From positions 1,216,001-1,280,000 of the forward strand of contig CAWGRW010000009.1 in assembly GCA_963825135.1 (NCBI GenBank): a DNA stretch of 64,000 nt. Direction: 5' to 3'. The position numbers and the translations under genes are program-made. This DNA is from an uncultured bacterium (lineage in GTDB: Bacteria; Desulfobacterota_D; UBA1144; Nemesobacterales; UBA2774). The notes beneath the pieces are model-generated. The model did no database searches, was not told the DNA's origin, and worked only from the letters and a program-made list of their open reading frames with translations. Shown here piece after piece: positions 1 through 12,311 of this stretch; the first letter of the stretch is position 1, and every line of letters begins with the position of its first letter.

Positions 1-1928
1 GGACGGGTGGTTTTTCAAGACGACTGAATATACCGAGGAGCTCCTCGAATGGACCGAAAAGCTGAAAGAAGGCTGGCCCGAAAGGGTCCTCGCCATGCAG
101 AAGAACTGGATCGGGAAGAGCACCGGAGCCGAAATAGATTTTCCGCTCGAAGAAACCGTTGGCGGTGAGAGCGGTCTCAGCATATTCACGACGCGCCCCG
201 ACACCGTATTCGGCGTCACGTATATGAGCATCGCGCCCGAGCACCCGCTCGCGGCTGAGTTGATAAAAGGGAAGTCTCAGGAAAAGGAAGCGCTCAAGTT
301 CATAAAACGAGTCACGAAACAGAGCAGCCTCGAACGGATAGCGGAAGGAGCGAAGAAAGAAGGCGTCTTCACGGGAGCTTTCGCCATAAACCCTTTCAAC
401 GGTCTGCGCGTCCCGATATACATAGCCAACTTCGTGCTCGTCGAGTACGGGACCGGAATAATCATGTGCGTCCCCGCTCACGACCAGAGGGACTTCGAGT
501 TCGCAAGGGAGTACGGGCTTCCTATCGTTCCCGTGATAGAACCCGAAGGGACTAAGCTCCGTGCGGAAGATATGACCGGAGGCATACGAAGACCCCGGAG
601 TTATGACGAATTCAGGGCAGTTCACCGGCCTCCCTTCGGAAGAAGGGCAAGGAGAAGGTAATAGAATATATAGAGGAAAAGGGTATAGGCAAAAGAAGGG
701 TCAATTACAGGCTCAGGGACTGGGGCATTTCGCGCCAACGTTACTGGGGCGCGCCAATTCCGATCGTCTATTGCGATAAGTGCGGCGTCGTTCCCGTTCC
801 CGACGAAGACCTCCCCGTAGAGCTTCCGCTCGACATAAAATTCACGGGGAAGGGCGGGTCGCCGTTGGCTAAGGCCAAGAGCTTCGTCAACACCGTCTGC
901 CCCAAGTGCGGCGGCAAGGCGAAGCGCGAGACAGACACCATGGACACGTTCGTCGAGTCCTCCTGGTACTTCCTCAGGTACGCGTCCCCTCATTACGGCG
1001 AAGGCATGTTCGATAAAAAGGAGGTCGGGTACTGGCTCCCCGTGGACAGGTACATCGGCGGTATCGAGCACGCGATACTGCATCTGCTCTACGCGAGGTT
1101 CTACACGAAGGTGCTCCGGGACTTGGGCATGTGCGCTCTCGACGAGCCCTTCACTAACCTCCTCACGCAGGGGATGGTCATAAAGGACGGGGCCAAGATG
1201 TCGAAGTCCGTCGGCAACATCGTAGACCCGGACGACATGATAAAGAAATACGGGGCCGACACGGTGAGGCTCTTCATGCTCTTCGCCGCCCCCGTGCAGA
1301 AGGACCTCGACTGGAGCGACGAGGGGATAGAAGGGGCGTTCAGGTTTTTAAACAGGCTCTGGCGCCTCGTCTCCGACAGGTTCCCTGCAATCGAAAGCCT
1401 CAAGGGCAAAGCCCCGGACGCGAGTAAGATATCCGTCTCCGGCAGGGACCTTCTGACCAAGGTGCATAAGACTATAAAGAAGGTTACGGACGACCTCGAA
1501 AAATTTCAGTTCAATACTGCTATCGCCGCCGTCATGGAGCTTCTTAACGATACGTCCCGCATCGACACCCGCCGGAGACGAGGACGTAAAGGTGGTGAGG
1601 GAGTCGGTCGAGGCCATGGTGAGGCTCCTTTACCCGATAGCTCCCGCACGTGTCGGAGGAGCTCTGGAATGAGCTCGGATATGAGGGGTTGCTCGTCGAT
1701 GAGCCCTGGCTCGAGTGGAATAGAGAGCTCGTGGCCGGAGCCGCGATCACCGTGGTCGTTCAGGTGAACGGGAAGGTGAGGGCCCAGCTCTCGATGGACG
1801 CGGACGTAAGCGACGAAGCGATGAAAGAGGCCGCGTTCGCCGACGAAAAGGTCAGGGGCTATCTCGCCGGAAAAGAGCCCAGGAAGGTGTTCGTAGTCCC
1901 CAAAAAGATTGTAAATATAGTAGTTTAG
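1..1928 (+). CDS. leuS: Leucyl-tRNA synthetase, 5'-truncated by window; broken by four apparent 1-nt homopolymer insertions (~578, ~646, ~1569, ~1644)
   Basis: Motifs [46 protein letters not shown] (alternate frame), [17 protein letters not shown] and C-terminal VVQVNGKVR are spread over ORFs 95-661, 865-1767 and 1650-1928. Removing one base at each site restores a continuous frame. Confidence 0.95.
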
Positions 1929-1943
1929 GTAGTCTCTCGGAAG

Positions 1944-2591
1944 TTAATCTCTCTTTTTCAAATATCTATCAGCGATTGAGGCAAGCTCCCGTGCGGCCAT
2001 CTCCGGATCTCCCGAGCCGAAAACGGCGGTGATGACAGCGATGCCGTCGACGCCCGTTTCGAAGACCGAATCGGCGTTTTCCGGCGTAATTCCACCTATC
2101 GCGAATACCGGAATGCTCTTTATCCTTGAAACCGCCTCCCTCAGGACATCGAACGAAGTGGGGGTTCTTTCGGGCTTCGTCGGTGTGAAGAACGGGGTCC
2201 CGAAGGCGACGTAATCAGCCCCGTCCCGCTCGGCGTCGAGCCCCCTTTCGAGCCTCCCGTAGCAGGAGACTCCTATAATCTTGCCCTCCCCGAGCGCTTC
2301 CCTAGCGTGACGAACATCCGAATCATCCTCACCGAGATGCACCCCGTCGGCCCCTATCTCCATTGCCAACTCTACCGAATCATTGATTATTAACGGGACT
2401 CCGTATTTTCCGGTCACCTTGAGGAGCGCCTTGCCGAGACTCACGATCTCGTCCCCAGGCGTGTCTTTTTCCCTGAGCTGAACGACACTCGCCCCCCCTC
2501 GAACGGCTTTTTCCACAGCCGCCACGAAGATGTCCCGTGAAATGAGCTTCTTATCCGTTATCACATAGAGCCCTCTCAGCATCCGCTTCAT
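1944..2591 (-). CDS. thiE: Thiamine-phosphate synthase
   Basis: GLYVITD, VQLREK, LIIND, GADGVHLGEDD, FFTPTK and AIGGI motifs. Confidence 0.95.
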   Translation of the reverse strand: MKRMLRGLYVITDKKLISRDIFVAAVEKAVRGGASVVQLREKDTPGDEIVSLGKALLKVTGKYGVPLIINDSVELAMEIGADGVHLGEDDSDVRHAREALGEGKIIGVSCYGRLERGLDAERDGADYVAFGTPFFTPTKPERTPTSFDVLREAVSRIKSIPVFAIGGITPENADSVFETGVDGIAVITAVFGSGDPEMAARELASIADRYLKKRD

Positions 2592-2600
2592 GGTTTTAGA

Positions 2601-2629
2601 AACTTATCGGGGCTTTTTAATTAGCGCAA
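2601..2629 (-). promoter_or_regulatory. Putative sigma70 promoter of thiE, near-leaderless
   Basis: Minus strand TTGCGC-17-TAAGTT-9 nt-ATG, no SD. Confidence 0.4.
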
Positions 2630-2760
2630 ATTCAGCGAAGGCGGCTACTCATACTCAATGCCACGTGATTCCATCCCCTGCGCCTCGGACATCGAGCCAA
2701 TTTGTAATATTCCCCCTCTCATAATAAAATCTTATCCAATCAAGAGGAGGCAAGGGTTAG

Positions 2761-3635
2761 ATGAGGGCGAATAAGATATTTTTCATTCCTTTAATCATAT
2801 TCTTAGCCGTGTTTTCTATAGTAATAGCGCCTTTGAACAATGCGGGCGCCGCGGGCGGAAGCGTCCCGTACTCGTTTTTCCTCGAACATCCTTACAGCTA
2901 CACGGGCTGAGCGGCAACCTCGAGATCGCCCCCGTGGATGGCGGCGGGGCGCTCATCATGAACAGGTTTCGGGCGGACCTCAATCTGGGCCAGAACATAT
3001 TCGGCATCTATGCGAAATTTCCCTTCGCGGGCGTGACGAGCGGTGTATTCGGGAGCGGGGATTACGATTTCGGAAACATTGGGCTAGGCACAAAATACGC
3101 TCTCCTCAGCTCGAACAACGCGGCGCTCACATTCGGTTTCGAGGCGATTCTACCCACTACGGGAAATAACTTGGGGGCGCTCGGAGCGCGCTCGTACTTC
3201 CGCGATTTCGCATATTTTACGGACCATGCATATACATTCGTTCCTTACGGAGTGTTCGCAATCGGGGGAGACGTCCTCGCTTTCCAGGCGAACCTGGATT
3301 TCGATATTATGACGAACGCCAAGAAAGCGGACAAGAGCCCGTTCGACACGGGCGGCGACAGCACGGAGCTGATTATCAAATACGGCGCGGCCGCGAGCGT
3401 GACGCCTCGGTTCAACCTGCCGTTCTCCACTTCTTTTCTCCTCGAGCTGCTGCTCGCATCGTCTACATCGTTCGATAAGAACGTCACGGGTGTGTATGTG
3501 ACGCCGGGAGTAAGGTTTGGCGGCATCAAGTACAGCTTCGGGGCAGGGGTACAGGTGCCTTTCGGGAGCGACGAGATAAGCGATTTCGCCAACATCGATT
3601 TCGTGATGGATATGAAAATAAGGTTTGGCGGCTGA
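2761..3635 (+). CDS. Exported, probable outer-membrane beta-barrel protein; apparent 1-nt deletion at ~2905
   Basis: SD GAGGAGG, then ATG 2761 and signal peptide MRANKIFFIPLIIFLAVFSIVIAPLNNAGA. One extra G in GGG 2904-2906 joins it to ORF 2934-3635, which has alternating beta-strand patterns and ends IRFGG. Confidence 0.6.
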
Positions 3636-3694
3636 TCTAAAAGAGTTTTCGGATTATAAGTGCCCAGGGGCAATAGCGTTACGCGACACCCTGA

Positions 3695-5072
<1,378 letters not shown>

Positions 5073-5288
5073 ACCAGGGGGCTTTGCGCCGTCTTTATTC
5101 GGAGCTATAACACCTCAAATAATTGAATCTTGACCGCACTGGTATTTTTTACAATAATGTTGTAGTGTGTATAATTAAAGGAAATTCTAAATGTTCTATC
5201 ATAAGTATTCCGGGATTTGTAATATTTAAAGTCGGTGCCGCCATATAATAGACGCGAAACAGGCGTTTTGGCGCTCTGAGCCCGCGTA

Positions 5289-5564
5289 ATGTCAAAAAGT
5301 AGAGTGCACATTAAGATTCAGGGGAGAGTTCAGGGCGTGTTCTTCCGGGCGTCCACTTTGGATAAAGCGACCGAACTCGGGCTTAAAGGCTGGGTCAGAA
5401 ACAATCCTGACGGCTCGGTTGAGGTCGTTGCGGAAGGATCCAGGGAAAAAATCGAAAAGCTCATAACCTGGTCTCATGACGGTCCGAGACACGCGGTTGT
5501 AAATGATGTCGAAGTGGAATGGACGGACTGTCTGGACGAATATACGGATTTTACGATCGAATAA
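5289..5564 (+). CDS. acyP: Acylphosphatase
   Basis: GRVQGVFFR and GWVRNNPDGSVE motifs. Confidence 0.93.
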   Translation: MSKSRVHIKIQGRVQGVFFRASTLDKATELGLKGWVRNNPDGSVEVVAEGSREKIEKLITWSHDGPRHAVVNDVEVEWTDCLDEYTDFTIE

Positions 5565-5589
5565 CCAAAATGGAGAAGCGGTATTCAAT

Positions 5590-6234
5590 ATGATAATTAA
5601 ATGCATACCCGGCGGAATGTTCCTCACAAACTGCTACATTATCGGGGACGAAGAGACTAACAAGGCCATACTCATTGATCCGGGTGAGCAGATCGAGGAA
5701 ATCCTGACGGAGGTGGAGAGATCGGGGCTCGATATTACGAAGATCGTGAACACGCATACTCATATAGATCATGTAGCAGGCGCGGTGGAGGCGATAAATG
5801 CCCTGGGTGTCGGATTTTATATACATCCTGAGGAAGAGCCGGTTCTTCAGGCGCTTCCCGAGTCCGCAATGAGGTTCCCTCAGTTCGGCGACGTCAGCGC
5901 TCCCCGGATCGAGGGTTATATAGAGGAGGGAGACGAGGTAGAGATCGGCAACCTCAGGGCGAAGGTGCTGCACACCCCCGGACATACCTGGGGGAGTGTT
6001 TGTCTTGTTATCGGGGATCAGGTCATATCGGGAGATACACTTTTCGCCGGGAGTGTGGGAAGGGTAGACCTCACGGGGGGCACGTCCATGAGGGAGCTGG
6101 TACGCTCGATAAAGACGAAGCTCATGGTTCTTCCGGACTCCTTCGTTGTGCATCCGGGACACGGCCCCTCAACAACCATAGGAATAGAAAGGAGATCGAA
6201 TCCGTTTTTAACCGGCGATTTGATAATGCTATAA
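5590..6234 (+). CDS. Metallo-beta-lactamase-fold hydrolase (glyoxalase II-like)
   Basis: THTHIDH, HTPGHT, SGDTLF and PGHGPSTTIG motifs. ATG 5590 chosen after GGAG. Confidence 0.9.
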   Translation: MIIKCIPGGMFLTNCYIIGDEETNKAILIDPGEQIEEILTEVERSGLDITKIVNTHTHIDHVAGAVEAINALGVGFYIHPEEEPVLQALPESAMRFPQFGDVSAPRIEGYIEEGDEVEIGNLRAKVLHTPGHTWGSVCLVIGDQVISGDTLFAGSVGRVDLTGGTSMRELVRSIKTKLMVLPDSFVVHPGHGPSTTIGIERRSNPFLTGDLIML

Positions 6235-6235
6235 A

Positions 6236-6505
6236 TTGGAAAGGCTAATATTCAGGGTGATCCTGATACTCGCTATAGTCTCGTTTCTTGTTTACCTGTT
6301 CGCCAGGGAAATATCCCAGGTTTATGCCCTCCAGAAAGAGAACGACAAAGTTAAGCTTGAGGGGAAAGAACTGGAAATGGCCAATGACGATCTGAGGAAG
6401 AGAACAGAGTTGATTAAGACGGACAAGGTTTATATGGAAAAAGTATTGAGAGAAGAGCTGGGGATGATAAAAACAGGTGAAAAAATATACAGATTTAAAG
6501 AATAA
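6236..6505 (+). CDS. Septum formation initiator (FtsB/DivIC family)
   Basis: N-terminal TM helix, coiled coil, C-terminal EKVLREELGMIKTGEKIYRF signature. Confidence 0.85.
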   Translation: MERLIFRVILILAIVSFLVYLFAREISQVYALQKENDKVKLEGKELEMANDDLRKRTELIKTDKVYMEKVLREELGMIKTGEKIYRFKE

Positions 6506-8612
6506 AATCACATTTTCGAATTTCTTACTCGGAAAGGTATTCGCAGTGTTACTTTCCGCGCTTATATTCGTACTCATTTATAAAAATAGCTTTCATTCGT
6601 TTAATTTTTACTCCCTGCTGGCGACCTTGTTTTTGTTTGCCGCTGCCGGTTACAGGACCCTTCTATATCTAAAATCAGGCACTCGGAACATTTCGTTATT
6701 GGACAGGCTCGAATTCGCGCTTCTCTACACGCTCGTGTTTGAGATCTTTTTACAGATTTTCGGGAACGATCTGTTCCCGGCGTCATTTTTGCTGGCGCCC
6801 GTAATAATTTACTGTTTCGGATGGGCCGGAGGGTGCTTCTCATTATTAATCATTTCGTTTCTTCAGGTCACTCTCCACATGGGATTGGGCGCTGTAACGC
6901 AGGTCTCGCTGCTCGCGATAACTACCATGGTGATAGGGTTTTTATTCAAGGGTAATAAAGAGCTCCTGGGTTCGTATGTTTTTCAAAGGAACAGAGGGAA
7001 GAACATAATTCTGCCGACCCTTATATCGGGTGCGGTCGAGAAAGATGAAAAGACGGATACCCTCAGCGTCATAGAGCTAAAGAACGAGATAAGGAACTCT
7101 CTCAGAATTCTCTGCGAACTCGTTCCCAATCACAGTGTAGTGCTGTACATGAAAATGGACGACGGGCTTTACGCCATAGCGGATTGCGTATCCAAGAGTA
7201 AGGATTATATAGACAGGGGGCAGAGGCTCAATTTCAGGGGTGGATACCTGGGATGGGTTTTAAAGACGAAGACTCAGGTGCTCATTACGAGTATAAAGAA
7301 TGTCAGGAAAAATCTCATATATTATAATAAAAATATTCCCGTCAAATCCCTCCTCGCGACTCCTCTGTTTTTCAAAGGCGAAAGAAATGCTTCTGAAGGG
7401 GATGAAAGCATATTCGGCATGCTCGTGGTGGATAGTCTTCAGCAGGACGCGTTCGGAGACAAGGAAAAATTGATAGTATCCCTCATTTCGGACAGGGTAG
7501 TGGAAATTATCGACAGGTTCCAGCTGTCCGAGAAGGTCAATCTCAGCTCGCAGGAGCTCAATTCATTTTATGACTTTACTCAGAAGCTGAACTCTACGAG
7601 CGACATCGACGTCATCCTCGATCACGTTATCGACACATTGGTCAGGATATTCGAGGCCGATTTCGTGGGCATCTCGCTTGTAGACAAAGAGAGGGGAAAC
7701 AGCAGTCTCAAAAGAGCGAGCGAGGGGATGATGGATCATCTTGTGGACAAGGAGATCCCTCACGGCGATACGCTGATCGGACTTGTCGCTATGAGCGGCA
7801 ACCATTTTCACTTCGACGATATCTCTCAGAGGGCAAAATATAAAAGCGTTTTCGGAAAAGAAATTGACTTCGCTCTCGGCATAAAGAATATTAAGTCGAT
7901 ACTTATCTATCCTTTCCACGAGACTTTTCAGGACGTTGAAAACAAGGATGAGGACGTCATCGGCTGTGTGGTTATCGGGAGGAGGGCGAAGAACCCGTTT
8001 AACGAGGGCGAGATAAGTCTTGCGAAAATTATTTGCCGTGAGTCCGCTAAATCCATGACATCGTCACTTAATTTTCAGAAGGTGAAGGAGCTCGCTATCA
8101 GGGACGGGCTTACGGGATTATTCAATCACAGGCATTTTCAGGAGATGCTTTCGTACACGCTCATTCATTCGGACAGGTTCTCGACCCAGGCTTCTCTCCT
8201 GCTGGTCGACATAGACGATTTGAAAATTATTAACGATACGTACGGTCATCTGGCAGGCGACACGGCGCTGTCCTCGATCGGGAATTTATTGCGGGAGTCT
8301 TTAAGGAAGGTGGATATACCGGCCAGGTACGGAGGCGATGAATTCGCGGTCATACTTCCCAACACGAATAAGGCCGGGTCTGTAGCGGTTGCAGAGAAAA
8401 TAAGGAACAAGCTTAAAAGGGTATCGCTCAAATCCGACTCGGGTGATATTGTGGTGTCGGTAAGCATCGGCATTGCTACCTACCCCGAGTGCGCGGTCGA
8501 CAAGGAGTTGTTAATCGAAAAAGCGGACCGGGCGCTCTACGAATCGAAGAATCACGGTAAAAATAAAATCACGCACTATGAGGACATATCGCTTGAGGAG
8601 CTGGGGAGCTGA
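6477..8612 (+). CDS. Membrane-bound diguanylate cyclase with two GAF domains
   Basis: Hydrophobic N-terminus, two GAF-like segments, DGLTGLFN, INDTYGHLAGD, I-site RKVD and intact GGDEF. Confidence 0.9.
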   Translation: MKKYTDLKNKITFSNFLLGKVFAVLLSALIFVLIYKNSFHSFNFYSLLATLFLFAAAGYRTLLYLKSGTRNISLLDRLEFALLYTLVFEIFLQIFGNDLFPASFLLAPVIIYCFGWAGGCFSLLIISFLQVTLHMGLGAVTQVSLLAITTMVIGFLFKGNKELLGSYVFQRNRGKNIILPTLISGAVEKDEKTDTLSVIELKNEIRNSLRILCELVPNHSVVLYMKMDDGLYAIADCVSKSKDYIDRGQRLNFRGGYLGWVLKTKTQVLITSIKNVRKNLIYYNKNIPVKSLLATPLFFKGERNASEGDESIFGMLVVDSLQQDAFGDKEKLIVSLISDRVVEIIDRFQLSEKVNLSSQELNSFYDFTQKLNSTSDIDVILDHVIDTLVRIFEADFVGISLVDKERGNSSLKRASEGMMDHLVDKEIPHGDTLIGLVAMSGNHFHFDDISQRAKYKSVFGKEIDFALGIKNIKSILIYPFHETFQDVENKDEDVIGCVVIGRRAKNPFNEGEISLAKIICRESAKSMTSSLNFQKVKELAIRDGLTGLFNHRHFQEMLSYTLIHSDRFSTQASLLLVDIDDLKIINDTYGHLAGDTALSSIGNLLRESLRKVDIPARYGGDEFAVILPNTNKAGSVAVAEKIRNKLKRVSLKSDSGDIVVSVSIGIATYPECAVDKELLIEKADRALYESKNHGKNKITHYEDISLEELGS

Positions 8613-8719
8613 AGCCCGGGAATCGGCATAAGTTTAAGGGAGTGTTTGGTTCCGCTTTCTTCATGCGGGCTCCGCAGTTAGTAGTTATACTTCCTGTAAT
8701 ACGCATTTCCCGGTAATAC

Positions 8720-9604
8720 ATGACAGACGGACGAAGAAAAGAGTTTAACCCAAGAGAATTTTTCTACGGCGGAAAAACCTTTCCCAGAAAAAGCCTCGGT
8801 CAGAATTATATAACCGACAGGAGGGTGATCGACCGGATAATCGATACCGCCGGGATCTCAGCGGAAGACGAAGTCCTCGAAATCGGGCCCGGGATGGGAG
8901 CCCTTACTCTCGCGCTCGCCGAGCGGGCGGGGAGAGTCGTGGCGATCGAGAAAGACGAGCGGGTGATCGGCCATTTACGCGAGCTCCTGGACGGCTATCC
9001 CAATGCCGAGATTATTCCGGGCGACTGCCTAAAGCTGGATTACGGGGATTTCTACGAAGGCAGGAAGATGAAAGTGGTCTCGAACCTCCCGTACAGTATA
9101 TCGACCCCTGTCCTTATAAAGCTTCTCAGGGGACGCGATATGTTTTCCGCACTGATCCTTATGCTTCAGTATGAGGTAGGGGAGCGGATAACGGCTAAGC
9201 CCGGGGGAAAAAAATACGGTTCCATCTCCGTGCTGCTTCAGACATATATGGACGTCAGTATGGAGTTCCGCGTTCCTCCTTCCGCATTCTGGCCGAAGCC
9301 GAAAATCGACTCGGCGGTCTTGAAATTTCTCCCCCTCCGCGCGCCTGATGTACGCGTATCGGACGAGGAGATTCACGAGAAGGTGCTGCGGGCCGCCTTC
9401 TCGTCGAGAAGAAAGATGCTCGGGAACTCACTCAGGTCGATACTGCCGAAGGAAGCTGTTGAGGGCTTGCTTTCTTCATGCGGCATAGACAGGTCGAGGC
9501 GGGCCGAGACTCTCACCATAAAGGAATTCGGGATTCTCGCCGATGAAGCGGCGCGCAGTCATAAATCCGAAATAATTCCGTCCCATGCCCCCTTTATTGA
9601 ATGA
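8720..9604 (+). CDS. rsmA: 16S rRNA m6(2)A dimethyltransferase
   Basis: KSLGQNY, LEIGPGMGALT, SNLPYSIS, FWPKPKIDS and RRAETLT motifs. Confidence 0.95.
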   Translation: MTDGRRKEFNPREFFYGGKTFPRKSLGQNYITDRRVIDRIIDTAGISAEDEVLEIGPGMGALTLALAERAGRVVAIEKDERVIGHLRELLDGYPNAEIIPGDCLKLDYGDFYEGRKMKVVSNLPYSISTPVLIKLLRGRDMFSALILMLQYEVGERITAKPGGKKYGSISVLLQTYMDVSMEFRVPPSAFWPKPKIDSAVLKFLPLRAPDVRVSDEEIHEKVLRAAFSSRRKMLGNSLRSILPKEAVEGLLSSCGIDRSRRAETLTIKEFGILADEAARSHKSEIIPSHAPFIE

Positions 9605-9667
9605 ATCGTTCCGCGGCTATATAATTCTCCTCGAGTCATAAATCTTCGATCCCGGAGGATTAATATC

Positions 9668-10237
9668 ATGCGTAATGTAATAATGTCATCGCTCCTCATC
9701 CTTTCGGTTTTATTCTTAACGCCCCGTATGTCATATTCTCAGGATTTCGGCATCAGCGGCGTCTGGTACCACGATAGTATGCAGACCAATATCAGCGTGA
9801 AGGACTTCACGCACGTAGTTCTCACTAACGAAACCGGCGACAAAGCCACCGGGCATTTCATCAATCCTTGGCAGATTAAGGTTCCGGCCTGGAGCGTGGT
9901 CGGTAACATTCAGAACGGGGGGACCCAGATTGCATGGTCGAACAACACCACCTGGACCAGGTTTCCAAGCGGCAAAACCCATATAAGCGGCACCTGGTAT
10001 CACAATAACAGCCCGACTTCCATACAGGTCTATGACAACGGGTGGAGGTTCAGCATCACGAACGAAAACGGCCAGACCAGCAACGGTTATGCGAAGAGCA
10101 GCCGCGAGCTTTACATACAGTCTCTGGGTATAACCGGTATCGTGAATAGCGACGGCACCAGGATCAAGTGGAGTAACGGTACGGTCTGGACAAGGAATCC
10201 GGGCGGCTCAGGGCCCCTTTCCGCTCCTAATGAATGA
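9668..10237 (+). CDS. Secreted hypothetical protein with two ~70-aa Trp-rich repeats
   Basis: SD GGAGG, signal peptide, repeats ISGVWYH...WSNNTTWTR and ISGTWYH...WSNGTVWTR. Confidence 0.75.
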   Translation: MRNVIMSSLLILSVLFLTPRMSYSQDFGISGVWYHDSMQTNISVKDFTHVVLTNETGDKATGHFINPWQIKVPAWSVVGNIQNGGTQIAWSNNTTWTRFPSGKTHISGTWYHNNSPTSIQVYDNGWRFSITNENGQTSNGYAKSSRELYIQSLGITGIVNSDGTRIKWSNGTVWTRNPGGSGPLSAPNE

Positions 10238-10309
10238 CCGGTATTCCCTGTGTGAGTGCCTGTCCAGGATGTCGCGGGAGATTTTTTAATGTGGGCAAGT
10301 AATAAAGGC

Positions 10310-10804
10310 TCACTCGGAGGAGACGACAACAAGCACTGTCCCCGATTCGACCGCGTCTCCTTCCTTGACCATTACGTTCTTAACTTTTCCCGCGATCGGG
10401 GACTTGAGTTCGCTTTCCATCTTCATCGCTTCGACGACGATTAGCCCCTCATCGTGCGCGACTTCATCGCCCTCTCCCCTGAGGATTTTCACCACCCTGC
10501 CCGGCATCGGCGATTTTATCTCCTGTATCCCGGACATCGCATGGGAGGTCTTACGCTGCTCCCTTTCGGAAACGGCTTCGAGCTCGTAAAGATCTCCGTC
10601 GATAACGACCTGAATTTTCCTGCCTTTCCTGAATACCCCTATGCTTTTGGATTTCCCGTCGATCAGCACCGAATAGAGGTTTTCCTCGAGCCTCACAAAA
10701 TCTACCGGAATCCTTCTGTCCTCGATTTCCGCCTGCAGTCGGCTTTCGTCTTTTTCCAGGGTGATTTTATAAATCTGGTCTCGTACTTTAAATGTATATG
10801 TCAT
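10310..10804 (-). CDS. Biotin carboxyl carrier protein of an acyl-CoA carboxylase
   Basis: SPMPGRV and EAMKM biotinylation motif. Confidence 0.92.
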   Translation of the reverse strand: MTYTFKVRDQIYKITLEKDESRLQAEIEDRRIPVDFVRLEENLYSVLIDGKSKSIGVFRKGRKIQVVIDGDLYELEAVSEREQRKTSHAMSGIQEIKSPMPGRVVKILRGEGDEVAHDEGLIVVEAMKMESELKSPIAGKVKNVMVKEGDAVESGTVLVVVSSE

Positions 10805-12294
10805 GCGAACGGGCTCCGGGACACGCCTGATCTCCTGCCGAAGAGCTTCCAGTTCGATGCCGGTTTTTGAGGCTGCTGACCGGCGCTTTCAGAACTGTTC
10901 ATCGAGAGCGCAGCCGCAATCAACGCCGGCTCTATTTCCATTACCGCAGGCTTTAATAGTCCGGGATGTCTTTCTATGAAGCCTGTATCGATCTTTCCCT
11001 TCCGGAATTCGTCGTTGTTCATGACGCGGATGAGAAACCCGATGTTCGTTTTAACGCCGAGCACTATATATTCCCTGAGCGCCGATTCCATCTTCCTTAT
11101 CGCGGCATCCCTGGTATCCGCCCAGACGATCAGCTTTGAGAGCATCGGGTCGTAAAAGGGAGTGATCTCGCAGCCGTTATATATTGAGGAGTCGTCTCTT
11201 ATGCCCGGCCCGCTCGGCGTCCTCAGGTATTCGATTACCCCCGGGGACGGAAGGAAATTCGTTTCCGGGTTCTCGGCATATACCCTGCATTCGAGCGCGT
11301 GCCCCTTCATTGAGATGTTTTTCTGTTTGTACGGGAGCTTCTCGCCCGCAGCGATCCTTATCATCCATTTCACTATATCGAACCCGGTTATCATCTCCGT
11401 CACCGGATGCTCGACCTGGACCCTGGTGTTCATCTCCAGGAAGTAGAAATTCTGGCTCTGGTCCATTATAAACTCTATCGTGCCGGCCCCGCTGTATTTC
11501 ACCGCCTTTGCGATCCTCACCGCCACTTCCCCCATTTTCTTTCTCGTTCTCGCGCTTATGGCCGACGAAGGGGCTTCTTCGATCACTTTCTGGTGTCTTC
11601 TCTGGATTGAGCATTCGCGCTCGAATAAATAGAGGGTGTTTCCTTCATTGTCGGCTATGATCTGTATCTCTATATGCCTCGGGCGCTCGATCAGCCTTTC
11701 TATGAAAACCGAGTCGTCGCCGAATGCGGACCGGGCCTCGCTCCTCGCCATGCGGAGCGAGCTCTCGAAGTCGTCCCTGTTCCTTACGAGTCTCATCCCT
11801 TTCCCGCCTCCTCCGGCTGAGGCTTTTATCATTACCGGATAACCTATTTCGCTTGCTATTACGGAAGCCTCGACGTCGCTTACCGCTCCGTCCGAGCCCG
11901 GCACTAGAGGGACCTTTACGTCGTGGGCGATTTTTCTCGCGGTGATTTTATCCCCCATCAGGCGGATTGCCTCGGGGGAGGGGCCTATGAACACGATCCC
12001 CGACAACCCGCACATTTCCGCGAAGGACTCGTTTTCGGACAAAAAGCCAAACCCGGGATGTATGGCTTCGGCCCCGGATTTCTTAGCGACCTCTATGATC
12101 TTCTCTTTATTCAGATAGCTCTCTGCGGGGGCCGAACCCCCGATGTGATGGGATTCGTCCGCGAGAGCGACGTGGAGGGAGCGCCTGTCCGCGTCCGAAT
12201 ATACGGCGACCGTCAGTACCCCGAGGTCCCTGCACGCCCGTATAATCCTGACCGCGATTTCTCCCCTGTTGGCTATGAGAATTTTTTTGAACAT
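10801..12294 (-). CDS. accC: Biotin carboxylase subunit
   Basis: KILIANRGEIAVR, GGGGKGMR, RECSIQRRHQK and EMNTRVQVEH motifs. Confidence 0.93.
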   Translation of the reverse strand: MFKKILIANRGEIAVRIIRACRDLGVLTVAVYSDADRRSLHVALADESHHIGGSAPAESYLNKEKIIEVAKKSGAEAIHPGFGFLSENESFAEMCGLSGIVFIGPSPEAIRLMGDKITARKIAHDVKVPLVPGSDGAVSDVEASVIASEIGYPVMIKASAGGGGKGMRLVRNRDDFESSLRMARSEARSAFGDDSVFIERLIERPRHIEIQIIADNEGNTLYLFERECSIQRRHQKVIEEAPSSAISARTRKKMGEVAVRIAKAVKYSGAGTIEFIMDQSQNFYFLEMNTRVQVEHPVTEMITGFDIVKWMIRIAAGEKLPYKQKNISMKGHALECRVYAENPETNFLPSPGVIEYLRTPSGPGIRDDSSIYNGCEITPFYDPMLSKLIVWADTRDAAIRKMESALREYIVLGVKTNIGFLIRVMNNDEFRKGKIDTGFIERHPGLLKPAVMEIEPALIAAALSMNSSESAGQQPQKPASNWKLFGRRSGVSRSPFA

Positions 12295-12311
12295 TCGATA
12301 ATCCTTTGAAT

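Noticed and set aside
570..1650. leuS as a pseudogene or programmed-frameshift gene
   Set aside because: All four breaks are single extra G/C in short homopolymers of an essential gene, with conserved sequence on both sides. Sequencing error is the simplest explanation; check the reads.
2592..2760. TPP riboswitch upstream of thiE
   Set aside because: No CUGAGA or ACCUGA core, and the promoter appears to sit directly at the start codon.
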